From positions 143,147 through 207,146 of the forward strand of contig CANSLJ010000002.1 of assembly GCA_947647735.1 (NCBI GenBank): a DNA stretch of 64,000 bases, written 5' to 3'. Positions 1-8,647 of this stretch are shown here, in pieces; within the stretch, counting starts at the first letter, position 1, and every line of letters begins with the position of its first letter. Origin of the DNA: an uncultured bacterium. GTDB lineage: Bacteria > Bacillota > Clostridia > Lachnospirales > Lachnospiraceae. The notes below the pieces were generated by a model. It did not search any database. It was not told the origin of the DNA and saw only the letters and a list, made by a program, of their open reading frames with translations. Made by a program: the position numbers and the translations under genes.

Positions 1-166
1 GCATAATCAGATTGACCGCCGCAAAAGCCGTTTTGCCCACATAATTGGATACAAAAAAACCATCCACGATGCTGTACACAGAGGTAAAGATCATCATCGC
101 AATGGTCGGCAGGGAAAAACGCAATAGTTTTTTACAGGTAAAATGTTCTGATAACTGTATCTTCAT
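1..166 (-). CDS. MATE family efflux transporter, N-terminal part (runs off window)
   Basis: Manual translation from ATG at 166: MKIQLSEHFTCKKLLRFSLPTIAMMIFTSVYSIVDGFFVSNYVGKTAFAAVNLIM, a typical MATE N-terminus. ATGA overlap with the MarR stop. Confidence 0.85.
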   Translation of the reverse strand, partial: MKIQLSEHFTCKKLLRFSLPTIAMMIFTSVYSIVDGFFVSNYVGKTAFAAVNLIM

Positions 167-693
167 GTTCTTCCGCCTCCTTTTTCAAAGACCGTCTGTA
201 TATTTACTTTTAACTGTTTTGTATATCTGTCAAATAACATCATAAATTCCTCCTGTTCTTCCTTTGTCAGAGCACCCAGAGCGCTCCTTTCAGCTTCGAT
301 AATATGATCTACTGTCTCTTCGCAGAGTTTTACACCTGAAGAAGTCAGCAGTATCCGTTTACTGCGCCGGTTGCCGCCGCTGCCGCCTATCGACAGCGTA
401 ATATATCCATCCGTTCCCAGTTTTTTCAGTGCTGAATTGACTGACTGTTTCGGTCGATATAAACTGCTGCATATCTCGCTCTGCACGGGCTTTCCCATCT
501 CCGCACGCAGATAATACAAGATCCAGAACGCACACTCGGACAGGCCGAATTTCCTTGCAATATCACGATAAATGTCATCATTCTCCTTGATGATCGCATT
601 ATACTGCTTTAATCCTGCATCCAATGCCTCAGGCCCCCTGTCTTTCTCCATGTGCTTCCCCGCATCCTGATCTGATACCTGAAACCGGTACAT
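163..693 (-). CDS. MarR family transcriptional regulator
   Basis: Winged-helix pattern GLSECAFWIL...KQSVNSALKKL...RRSKRILLT; coupled to the MATE gene. Confidence 0.85.
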   Translation of the reverse strand: MYRFQVSDQDAGKHMEKDRGPEALDAGLKQYNAIIKENDDIYRDIARKFGLSECAFWILYYLRAEMGKPVQSEICSSLYRPKQSVNSALKKLGTDGYITLSIGGSGGNRRSKRILLTSSGVKLCEETVDHIIEAERSALGALTKEEQEEFMMLFDRYTKQLKVNIQTVFEKGGGRT

Positions 694-718
694 AATCCGT
701 CCTGCACACCCGCATTCA

Positions 719-772
719 AAAAGTCCGAATACAGACTTTTTGTATTATAGTCTGTGTTCGGACTTTTGTCAA
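719..772 (-). promoter_or_regulatory. Sigma-A promoter overlapped by an inverted-repeat operator (probable MarR site)
   Basis: On - strand TTGACA (772-767), 17 bp, TATAAT (749-744). Inverted arms AAAAGTCCGAATACAGACT (719-737) and AGTCTGTGTTCGGACTTTT (749-767). Confidence 0.8.
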
Positions 773-932
773 GTGTTTTATTGTCTCTGCACTGCCTGAT
801 TTGTCATAGCCGGCTTTTATGTTCATTTATTTAATCAAACAACAATGCAACTGATAGTTTCCATATAGTTGGTAGAACAAAACCGGATAAACTGCTATAC
901 TGTCCTTATCAATTTAAGCGGAGGACAGCAGT

Positions 933-1922
933 ATGAACGAAAATCAGCTTGCAGAAAACATTGTGCACTATCGCAGAAAAAAGGGACTGTCACAGGAAAA
1001 AGTTTCTGAATATATGGAAGTAAGCCGTCAGGCCGTAACAAAATGGGAAAATGGTATTTCCAGACCGAGTTCGGATCATTTGATCAAGCTGGCAGAACTG
1101 TTTGAGATAAATCTTGATACGCTGCTCGGTAATAAGGAAGAGGAAAAACTGCTCATGCAGCCGGAAATATCCACTGGAAAAGCGCCGTGGATCTTTATCG
1201 GAATATCCATCCTCTGTATATCTGTATATGTGACCGGCAGCGCCCTGCTGGATATTTTCAGTATAGGGGCTTTCATCTGCATGTTTATTTTATGTATTCC
1301 GATCCAACTGTTTTTGCATCTCTATTTTTCCCATGCAGTGAAAAATGATTCTTTCAGCACAATTGCGGGTTTTGATAACAAAACAGAATACAATATCCGC
1401 GAATTAAAGAAAATGCTGGTACAGATAGATCTGCATATCGGCATCATCTCCGCCAATTATGTTTTTATGCTTTGCGCGGTTCACTTTCTAAGTTCTGATA
1501 TGAAATGGCTAAGCGGCTTTCTGATCGCTGCATATGCCCTGAACCTTATCACAGCGGTGATGATCACCAACTATAAAATGGCAGATAAAATATATCTCCA
1601 TGATGATGATAAAAAACGCGCCAAAAGAAGTATGCCCATAACTATAATATATATCTTGCTATTATTCATCGGAACCGGCATAACAGGCATACTATTTGAA
1701 ATAAAGGGAAAAATAAAGGGAATTGAAAATAATACCATGCCTGCGATAAAAATATGCGGACTTCTGCTCCTCGGCATCACTGCCGCAACGACAGGCTTTC
1801 TTTCCGAAAACAACCGGATCAAAAAATGGGATCCCGCTGATATGAATTATAAACCGAGCCGAACAGGTATCGCAGGTTTATTGATCTGTGTGATTCTGTA
1901 TGGATTGATATGTATTTTATAG
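933..1922 (+). CDS. XRE-family HTH fused to a multi-pass membrane domain (DUF3784-like)
   Basis: N-terminal LSQEKV...VSRQAVTKWENG HTH_3 motif, then several hydrophobic helices with an IAGF motif. RBS GGAGG. Confidence 0.75.
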   Translation: MNENQLAENIVHYRRKKGLSQEKVSEYMEVSRQAVTKWENGISRPSSDHLIKLAELFEINLDTLLGNKEEEKLLMQPEISTGKAPWIFIGISILCISVYVTGSALLDIFSIGAFICMFILCIPIQLFLHLYFSHAVKNDSFSTIAGFDNKTEYNIRELKKMLVQIDLHIGIISANYVFMLCAVHFLSSDMKWLSGFLIAAYALNLITAVMITNYKMADKIYLHDDDKKRAKRSMPITIIYILLLFIGTGITGILFEIKGKIKGIENNTMPAIKICGLLLLGITAATTGFLSENNRIKKWDPADMNYKPSRTGIAGLLICVILYGLICIL

Positions 1923-1970
1923 AACAGCAAGCAGCTATCAAAATCATCCCCAAAATTTTATGAAATATAG

Positions 1971-2016
1971 AAAAGTCAAAAGTTTTCAACTTTCAAGTCG
2001 GAAACTTTTGACTTTT
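1971..2016. terminator. Bidirectional hairpin terminator between convergent genes
   Basis: AAAAGTCAAAAGTTT...AAACTTTTGACTTTT inverted repeat. Confidence 0.65.
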
Positions 2017-2093
2017 TAAATCTTTTTGATATAATAGCCGCAAAAACAATTGTCCCTTCTCGGCCTGTTTCATCGGTATCTCTTATATCTTTA

Positions 2094-5000
2094 TCACTTC
2101 CCGCGCTCCGCGATCGCCGCAATATCCACCAGCGTCAGCTGATTTCCCTGTCTCTCCTTATTCTCCAGACTGGTCACCAGCGCCCTTGCGGTATCCATCG
2201 CCGTGATACAGTTCACGCCTGTCTCGATGGCGGTACGGCGGATCAAAAAGCCGTCTCTGGACTTATCCCGCCCCTGTGTGGGCGTATCGATCACAAGATC
2301 GATCCTGTGCCCTAAGATCAGATCCATCACAGTAGGCGATTCCTGAGAGATCTTATTGACCTTTCTCGCCTTCACCCCTGCCTCGTTTAACGCCGCAGCG
2401 GTACTTCTCGTCGCGTAAATAATATACCCCAGCTTCTCAAAACGGCGACCGATCTCAATGGCTTCGCCCTTGTCCGCATCCTTCACCGTAATGATCATCT
2501 GCTTGTATTTCGGCAGATCCACACCGGCACCCAAAAATGCCTTATAAAGCGCCTCGTCAAAGGTGGAGGCGATCCCCAGACATTCCCCTGTGGATTTCAT
2601 CTCCGGCCCCAGACTGATCTCCGCCCCCCTGATCTTCTCAAAGGAGAACACCGGCATCTTGATGGCTACGTAATCCGCCGCTTTCTGCAGCCCCGGCTCG
2701 TAACCAAGATCCTTTATCTTCTTACCCAGGATCACCTCCATCGCCAGATCCACGATAGGAATACCGGTCACTTTACTGATATAAGGCACAGTACGGGAAG
2801 ACCTGGGATTGACCTCGATCACATAAACCTCGTCCCCCACCGCAATAAACTGAATATTGATCAAGCCGATGACATGCAGCGCTTTCGCAAGGCGTCTCGA
2901 GTACTCCGCTATCGTCTCCTTCACCTTCCCGCTGACCGTGTAAGCCGGATAAACGGAAATGGAGTCGCCGGAATGCACGCCGGTCCGCTCGATATGCTCC
3001 ATGATGCCCGGAATCAGAATGTCTGTGCCGTCACAGACCGCATCCACCTCCAGCTCCTTGCCCTGCAGGTATTTATCCACAAGGATCGGATGCTCCTGAG
3101 AATAGCGGTTGATCACAGCCATAAATTCCTCGATCTCCGCATCGGAGATGGCGATCTGCATGCCCTGCCCGCCCAGCACATAGGAAGGACGCACCAGCAC
3201 AGGATAACCCAGCCTGTTCGCAACCTCCTTCGCCTCCTCGGCAGTAAACACCGTGCCGCCTGCCGCCCTCGGGATCCCGGTCTCCTGCAGGATCCGGTCA
3301 AACAGCTCCCTGTCCTCCGCGGCATCCACATCCTCCGCCTTTGTGCCGAGGATAGGCACGCCCATCTTCATCAGATCCTCCGTCAGCTTGATCGCCGTCT
3401 GGCCGCCGAACTGTACCACAGCCCCGTCAGGCTTCTCCAGCCTGACGATATTCTCCACATCCTCCGGCGTCAGCGGTTCAAAATACAGCTTATCCGCAAT
3501 ATCAAAGTCCGTGGACACCGTCTCCGGATTGTTATTCACGATGATCGTCTCATACCCTGCCTTTGCAAAAGCCCAGGTGGCATGGACGGAACAATAGTCA
3601 AACTCGATACCCTGCCCGATTCGGATAGGACCCGAGCCCAGCACCAACACTTTCTTTTTATCCTTTGTCTCCGCCGCCTCATTCTCCCCGCTGTAAACGG
3701 AATAATAATAGGGCGTCTGTGCCTCAAATTCCGCGGCGCAGGTATCTACCATCTTATAAGCAGCCGTAATACCGGCGTCATACCGTCTTGACTTGATCTC
3801 TTCCTCCGAAATCCCGGTAAGGCGGGCAATCACATTGTCAGGAAACTCCATCCGTTTTGCTTCCCGCAGAGTCTCCGTGGAAAGCCCGCTGCCTTCCTGT
3901 TCCAGTTTCTCTTCCATCTCTGTCAAAATAGCGATCTTATCAATAAACCACTCATCCACCATAGTGATATCATGAATAGTTTTATAATCAATCCCCTTGC
4001 GCACCGCCTCGGCGATCAGGAAGATTCTCTGGTCATCCACTGTTTTCATGCGCTCCAGCAGATCTTCCCGGGACAGCGCGGAAAAATCATAACTCCGCAG
4101 ACAATCCACATGCTGCTCCAGAGAACGCAGCGCTTTCATCAGCGCCCCCTCGAAGCTGTTACAGATGCTCATCACCTCACCGGTAGCCTTCATCTGTGTC
4201 GTCAGCGTACGCTTTGCCGTCAGGAACTTGTCAAAGGGAAGCCTCGGAATCTTCACAACACAATAGTCCAGCGTCGGTTCGAAGCTGGCATAAGTTTTCC
4301 CTGTGATAGCGTTCTTGATCTCATCCAGCGTATAGCCCAGCGCGATCTTCGCCGCCACCTTGGCGATCGGATACCCTGTTGCCTTGGACGCCAGCGCCGA
4401 AGAACGGCTCACCCTGGGATTCACCTCGATAACGCAGTACTCAAAGCTTGTGGGATGCAGTGCAAACTGTACATTACAACCGCCTGTGATCTCCAGCTCG
4501 TTGATGATGTTCAGCGCCGCGCTCCGCAGCATCTGATACTCCTTATCCCCCAGCGTCTGGGAGGGTGCCACGACGATGGAGTCCCCGGTATGCACGCCCA
4601 CCGGATCGATATTCTCCATATTGCAGACAGTGATGCAGCTGCCCATGGAATCCCGCATCACTTCATATTCTATCTCTTTCCAGCCTGCGATACAGCGCTC
4701 CACCAGCACCTGCCCTACTCTGGAAAGGCGCAGGCCGTTTTCCAGAATCTCTTCCAGCTGCACCTGATTATGGGCAATACCGCCGCCGGAACCGCCCAGC
4801 GTATAAGCCGGACGCAGCACCACCGGATAACCGATCTTCGCCGCGAACTCCACACCGTCCGGTATGTTTTCCACCACCAGAGAGGGCGCGCAGGGCTCCC
4901 CGATCTTCTCCATGGTCTCCTTAAATTCCAGACGGTCCTCCGCCTTTTTGATGGTAGCGGCCGTAGTCCCCAAAAGGCGCACATTGTGAGCCTTCAGAAA

Positions 5001-5318
5001 GCCGGACTCCTCCAGCTCCATGCCGAGATTCAATCCCGCCTGGCCGCCCAGCGTGGGCAGCACCGAATCAGGCTTTTCCTTCTCGATGATCTGCTCTAAA
5101 ACTTTCACGGTCAAAGGCTCGATATAAACCTTGTCCGCAATATCCTTATCTGTCATGATCGTGGCGGGATTGGAGTTTACCAGTACAACCTCCATGCCCT
5201 CTTCCTTCAAGGAACGGCACGCCTGAGTGCCCGCATAGTCAAATTCCGCCGCCTGCCCGATCACGATAGGACCGGAACCGATCACAAGAACTTTCTTTAC
5301 TTCCGGATTTCTAGGCAT
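2094..5318 (-). CDS. carB: Carbamoyl-phosphate synthase large subunit
   Basis: IGSGPIVIGQAAEFDYAG, duplicated ATP-grasp domains, C-terminal MGS domain. Start taken at MPRNPE (5318), overlapping the carA stop. Confidence 0.97.
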   Translation of the reverse strand: MPRNPEVKKVLVIGSGPIVIGQAAEFDYAGTQACRSLKEEGMEVVLVNSNPATIMTDKDIADKVYIEPLTVKVLEQIIEKEKPDSVLPTLGGQAGLNLGMELEESGFLKAHNVRLLGTTAATIKKAEDRLEFKETMEKIGEPCAPSLVVENIPDGVEFAAKIGYPVVLRPAYTLGGSGGGIAHNQVQLEEILENGLRLSRVGQVLVERCIAGWKEIEYEVMRDSMGSCITVCNMENIDPVGVHTGDSIVVAPSQTLGDKEYQMLRSAALNIINELEITGGCNVQFALHPTSFEYCVIEVNPRVSRSSALASKATGYPIAKVAAKIALGYTLDEIKNAITGKTYASFEPTLDYCVVKIPRLPFDKFLTAKRTLTTQMKATGEVMSICNSFEGALMKALRSLEQHVDCLRSYDFSALSREDLLERMKTVDDQRIFLIAEAVRKGIDYKTIHDITMVDEWFIDKIAILTEMEEKLEQEGSGLSTETLREAKRMEFPDNVIARLTGISEEEIKSRRYDAGITAAYKMVDTCAAEFEAQTPYYYSVYSGENEAAETKDKKKVLVLGSGPIRIGQGIEFDYCSVHATWAFAKAGYETIIVNNNPETVSTDFDIADKLYFEPLTPEDVENIVRLEKPDGAVVQFGGQTAIKLTEDLMKMGVPILGTKAEDVDAAEDRELFDRILQETGIPRAAGGTVFTAEEAKEVANRLGYPVLVRPSYVLGGQGMQIAISDAEIEEFMAVINRYSQEHPILVDKYLQGKELEVDAVCDGTDILIPGIMEHIERTGVHSGDSISVYPAYTVSGKVKETIAEYSRRLAKALHVIGLINIQFIAVGDEVYVIEVNPRSSRTVPYISKVTGIPIVDLAMEVILGKKIKDLGYEPGLQKAADYVAIKMPVFSFEKIRGAEISLGPEMKSTGECLGIASTFDEALYKAFLGAGVDLPKYKQMIITVKDADKGEAIEIGRRFEKLGYIIYATRSTAAALNEAGVKARKVNKISQESPTVMDLILGHRIDLVIDTPTQGRDKSRDGFLIRRTAIETGVNCITAMDTARALVTSLENKERQGNQLTLVDIAAIAERGK

Positions 5319-6435
5319 TTTCCATCCCCCCCTTTCTGACCGCTGACACATCATTTCCATTCACTTCTTCGCCATCGATCATCCTCATAAACCTGTCAAA
5401 TAAAAATCCGCTGTCCAGCGGCCCCGGACAGGCTTCCGGATGGAACTGTACCGTAAAAATATTTTTGCCGGTATAAGAGACCCCTTCGCAGGTGCCGTCG
5501 TTGACGTTCACAAAAGCAGGACGCCCCACTTCCGGATCCAGCTTCTCCATATCCACCACATAACCGTGATTCTGGGAGGAAATATAAACCTTTCCTGTCG
5601 CCAGATCCTTCACCGGATGATTGCCGCCCCGGTGTCCATACTTCATCTTAAAAGTATCCGCCCCCGTTGCCAGCGCCATCAGCTGATGCCCCAGGCAGAT
5701 GGCAAAGATTGGTACATCACTCTGATATAATTTTTTAATCTCTTCAATAATAGAAACGCATTCTTTCGGATCGCCGGGCCCGTTGGATAACATAATGCCG
5801 TCAGGTTCATCCGCCAGAATTTCCTCCGCCGCGGTAAGCGCAGGATAGACCGTCACCGTGCAGTCTCTTTTCGCCAGACAGCGGGCGATATTATTCTTTG
5901 TCCCGAAGTCCAGCAGGGCCACCTTCCGCCTGCCCTCTCCCACGATATATTTTTCCCTGCAGCTTACCTTTTCCACCACCTTGCCGGTCGTATACGCTTT
6001 CAGCTTTGGAAGCACTTCCTCCAGCACAAAATCCTCCCGGATGGTGATCATCCCGTTCATCGTTCCCTTTTCCCGGAGGATCTTTACCAGCGCCCTCGTA
6101 TCGATCCCCGCAATACCCGGGATCTCGTACTTCTCCAGAAACTCCTGAATGCTCATATCACACCGGAAATTACTGGGCATCCTCGACAGCTCCCGTACAA
6201 TAAAACCATCCGGCCAAGGACGGGAAGACTCCATATCCTCCAGACAGACACCGTAATTTCCGATCAGCGGATAGGTCATGCAGACAGCCTGTCCCGCATA
6301 AGACGGATCGGTCAGCACCTCCAGATACCCTGCCATCGATGTGTTAAAAACAATTTCACTGATGATTTCCTTCTCTGCACCGATATGCGTTCCCGCAAAT
6401 ACAGTGCCGTCCTCTAAAATCAGAAAAGCTTTCAT
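5311..6435 (-). CDS. carA: Carbamoyl-phosphate synthase small subunit
   Basis: LTDPSYAGQ, SNGPGDP, ICLGHQ and QFHPEA glutamine amidotransferase motifs. RBS AGGAG. Confidence 0.97.
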   Translation of the reverse strand: MKAFLILEDGTVFAGTHIGAEKEIISEIVFNTSMAGYLEVLTDPSYAGQAVCMTYPLIGNYGVCLEDMESSRPWPDGFIVRELSRMPSNFRCDMSIQEFLEKYEIPGIAGIDTRALVKILREKGTMNGMITIREDFVLEEVLPKLKAYTTGKVVEKVSCREKYIVGEGRRKVALLDFGTKNNIARCLAKRDCTVTVYPALTAAEEILADEPDGIMLSNGPGDPKECVSIIEEIKKLYQSDVPIFAICLGHQLMALATGADTFKMKYGHRGGNHPVKDLATGKVYISSQNHGYVVDMEKLDPEVGRPAFVNVNDGTCEGVSYTGKNIFTVQFHPEACPGPLDSGFLFDRFMRMIDGEEVNGNDVSAVRKGGMENA

Positions 6436-6538
6436 GCAGTATGCTCCTTTTTTCAATAAGCTGCGTCTTCTGTTCCGTTATGTAAGCAACAGCCGCTCGC
6501 TTCGCGAACGTCTTTATGCTAATAAAATACCTTGCGGT

Positions 6539-6567
6539 ATTATATCATAACTTGTCTGGTTTGTCAG
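6539..6567 (-). promoter_or_regulatory. carAB sigma-A promoter
   Basis: On - strand CTGACA, 17 bp, TATAAT with an extended TG. Confidence 0.65.
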
Positions 6568-6638
6568 TGAGAAATTATTGTCTTATCTGAAAAGATTTTT
6601 GTGGGAAATTACTGTTTGGGGGGGTGTTCATACAGTCC

Positions 6639-6774
6639 GGCCGGAGGGAAATTCATTTCTTCGTCGCCACGCTCGCGCTCCGCAAAATACGCAGCGGTAC
6701 TAGGCTCGTGAAGGACCTCGCCAAGTGCCGGCGTATTTTGAGGGGCTCCTTAAGAAATGAATTTCCCTCCGGCC
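6639..6774 (+). repeat. Structured intergenic repeat, copy 1
   Basis: Perfect 23-bp arms 6639-6661 and 6752-6774; core CGCAGCGGTACTAGGCTCG (6690-6708)...AAGTGCCGGCG (6723-6733). Confidence 0.85.
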
Positions 6775-6836
6775 TATGTATTGATTAACCGCCAACAGTA
6801 TTTTACCCGATCTGCATATTAATAAAAACGACGGAC

Positions 6837-7391
6837 TTACGATATACTGCGGGAATCGTTTTTTCTTTTGTCCTTATATTTCTGTAATATTTCCATAGTT
6901 TTATATCCTGCATAACCGGCAGTAATTCCAACCACAATCCCGCCCAGAATATCCGTCGGGTAATGCACATATAAATACAATCTGGAAAATGCTATCACAC
7001 AGGCAAGGACAAGAGCCGGTTTCCAGAGTCTGCGCTCTTTTGCGAAGTAGAGCGCCGTAACCGAGGCAAAGGAAGCCGCCGTATGTCCCGACGGAAAAGA
7101 AAAGTCCCGCGGTTTGTTTATCAAAAGCTGTACCGCTGTATTCACATCAAAAGGGCGGATCCTCGCAAATAAATGCTTCAAAATCCCGTCGCACAGCACC
7201 ACATCCCAGCAGAGAGCCGCCATTAAAATAACACCGGATCTTCTTGTCTTCGGAACCGCCAGCAGAATACATGCCAGCAATATCCAGATGATTCCGGTAT
7301 TTCCGAGAGCCGATACTGCCGGCATGATCACATCGCCGATTGGCGTCCTGATGCTCTGTATCAAATCCAATATTCGAAATTCAAATTCCAT
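6837..7391 (-). CDS. PAP2 family phosphatase (undecaprenyl-PP phosphatase-like)
   Basis: K-x6-RP, PSGH and SRLYLYVHYPTD motifs. Confidence 0.9.
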   Translation of the reverse strand: MEFEFRILDLIQSIRTPIGDVIMPAVSALGNTGIIWILLACILLAVPKTRRSGVILMAALCWDVVLCDGILKHLFARIRPFDVNTAVQLLINKPRDFSFPSGHTAASFASVTALYFAKERRLWKPALVLACVIAFSRLYLYVHYPTDILGGIVVGITAGYAGYKTMEILQKYKDKRKNDSRSIS

Positions 7392-7433
7392 GGTATGTAC
7401 TTTTTCTCCTCATATCGTGATATATTTCATCAC

Positions 7434-7643
7434 TTATTTCTGCCGGTACTCCTGTTCCAGCTCTTCCGCCAGATACGCATCACTCATACAGTGCATATCA
7501 GAAACGCCATCCCTGATCAACTGATAGACCACAGAATGGTAGAAGAAATCCAATGCCGCATCCAAAGAGATACCCTGCCGTCCCGCAAAGCACTCAATCA
7601 CACGGCTATATTTTCTCTGAAGTAAAATTGAATTCGCATTCAT
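7434..7643 (-). CDS. DUF3791-like small protein
   Basis: A-LDFFYHS-VY...DMHCMSDAYL pattern; ATGA-coupled to the DUF3990 gene. Confidence 0.65.
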   Translation of the reverse strand: MNANSILLQRKYSRVIECFAGRQGISLDAALDFFYHSVVYQLIRDGVSDMHCMSDAYLAEELEQEYRQK

Positions 7644-8110
7644 ACCACTTCACTCCCTTCAAAACACAAAAACTTCAGTGCTTTCTCTGTGCGAAAACAG
7701 ATTTGCAGGTTTGGCTTTTCATAGCGCAGGCGATTTACCGCTTCTGTCTTATCAATCAACCCATCAAAAAACAACTCCACCGTATTAAACACCCTATCAT
7801 CAGCAACACCGCCAGCTACAAGATCATAGTCTGTTGTATCTTTTCCGCTGCGGCAATTCAGAATAAAATCCAGCCATGCATCGGAATATGAATCAAATTT
7901 CAGCATTTTCAGTTCAAATTCCCGGCTTTCATCAAATGCATACCGTGAAATAATTCCGGCTTTTCCACGGCGTTTGAACTTGCCACACCACTTAGCCGCC
8001 TGCTCATACAGAGGAGTAACATAAAAGCCGCGTCCAAAATCTACATTGAATCGGGAATGCGTCAAATCCGGCTTTATGATTTCCAGATAGGAACCGTGAT
8101 AAAGAGTCAT
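7640..8110 (-). CDS. DUF3990 family protein (ADP-ribosyltransferase-like fold inferred)
   Basis: LYHGS...DFGRGFYVT...YDLVAGGVADD...QICF motifs. Confidence 0.75.
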   Translation of the reverse strand: MTLYHGSYLEIIKPDLTHSRFNVDFGRGFYVTPLYEQAAKWCGKFKRRGKAGIISRYAFDESREFELKMLKFDSYSDAWLDFILNCRSGKDTTDYDLVAGGVADDRVFNTVELFFDGLIDKTEAVNRLRYEKPNLQICFRTEKALKFLCFEGSEVV

Positions 8111-8346
8111 ACTTCCACACCTCTTTCCTTCATCACATCGAGGAGATCGTCTACAATATATTCCCGGCTCTGGGTGTGCAGGACTTCATATTCCGGCACA
8201 ATATAACTGTGCAGAATATCACCTTTTTGAGTAAATGCCCGATAAACCTGTTCCCCATCTACACCCAGCTTTGCCGCAACATTTTCAATGCAGAATACGG
8301 CAAATTCCAGCTCTCTGGAATTTTTGATCTTTTCATCCGGCATCAT
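8107..8346 (-). CDS. DUF3791-like small protein
   Basis: EFAVFCIE...YIVPEYEVLHTQSREYIV. Start set at MMPDEK (8346) after an AAAGGGGG RBS; the longer ORF runs into the repeat. Confidence 0.7.
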   Translation of the reverse strand: MMPDEKIKNSRELEFAVFCIENVAAKLGVDGEQVYRAFTQKGDILHSYIVPEYEVLHTQSREYIVDDLLDVMKERGVEV

Positions 8347-8420
8347 AAGCAGCCCCCTTTCCTTTATTATAGCCAAGACATCCCAGAAAATTGCATACTT
8401 TTTTCTCTTTACCACAACCA

Positions 8421-8623
8421 GCAGGCAGGGCATAGATATCCTGTGAAGACTGTAGAAAAGCGCCGGCACTTTAGCAAATGTGAAGAGATTTTCTAAGATG
8501 CAAAGCATCTAAGAAAATCTAAACTTCACATACACGAGCCTAGTACCGCTGCGCCTTTCTCCGGCTCTGTTCCTCAAGAGCCTGGGGAAGCGCGTCTGAA
8601 CAGAATATCTATGCCCTGCCTGC
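8421..8623 (-). repeat. Structured intergenic repeat, copy 2
   Basis: 24-bp arms 8421-8444 and 8600-8623 with one G-T pair on the - strand. Same core (8535-8553 and 8461-8471) enclosing an extra long hairpin. Confidence 0.85.
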
Positions 8624-8647
8624 GTCCTCCCGCCAAAAACTGCCCAC

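Noticed and set aside
5319-5360. Longer carB N-terminus in the ORF track
   Set aside because: Overlaps carA; the conserved start MPRN with an upstream purine-rich RBS is more likely.
6639-6774. Repeat copies read as plain terminators, tRNAs or CRISPR repeats
   Set aside because: No cloverleaf and no regular repeat-spacer array. An identical 19+11-nt core across distant copies, in either orientation relative to neighbouring genes, is not explained by termination alone.
8347-8508. N-terminal extension of the 133-aa ORF
   Set aside because: Lies inside repeat copy 2; a good RBS supports the start at 8346.
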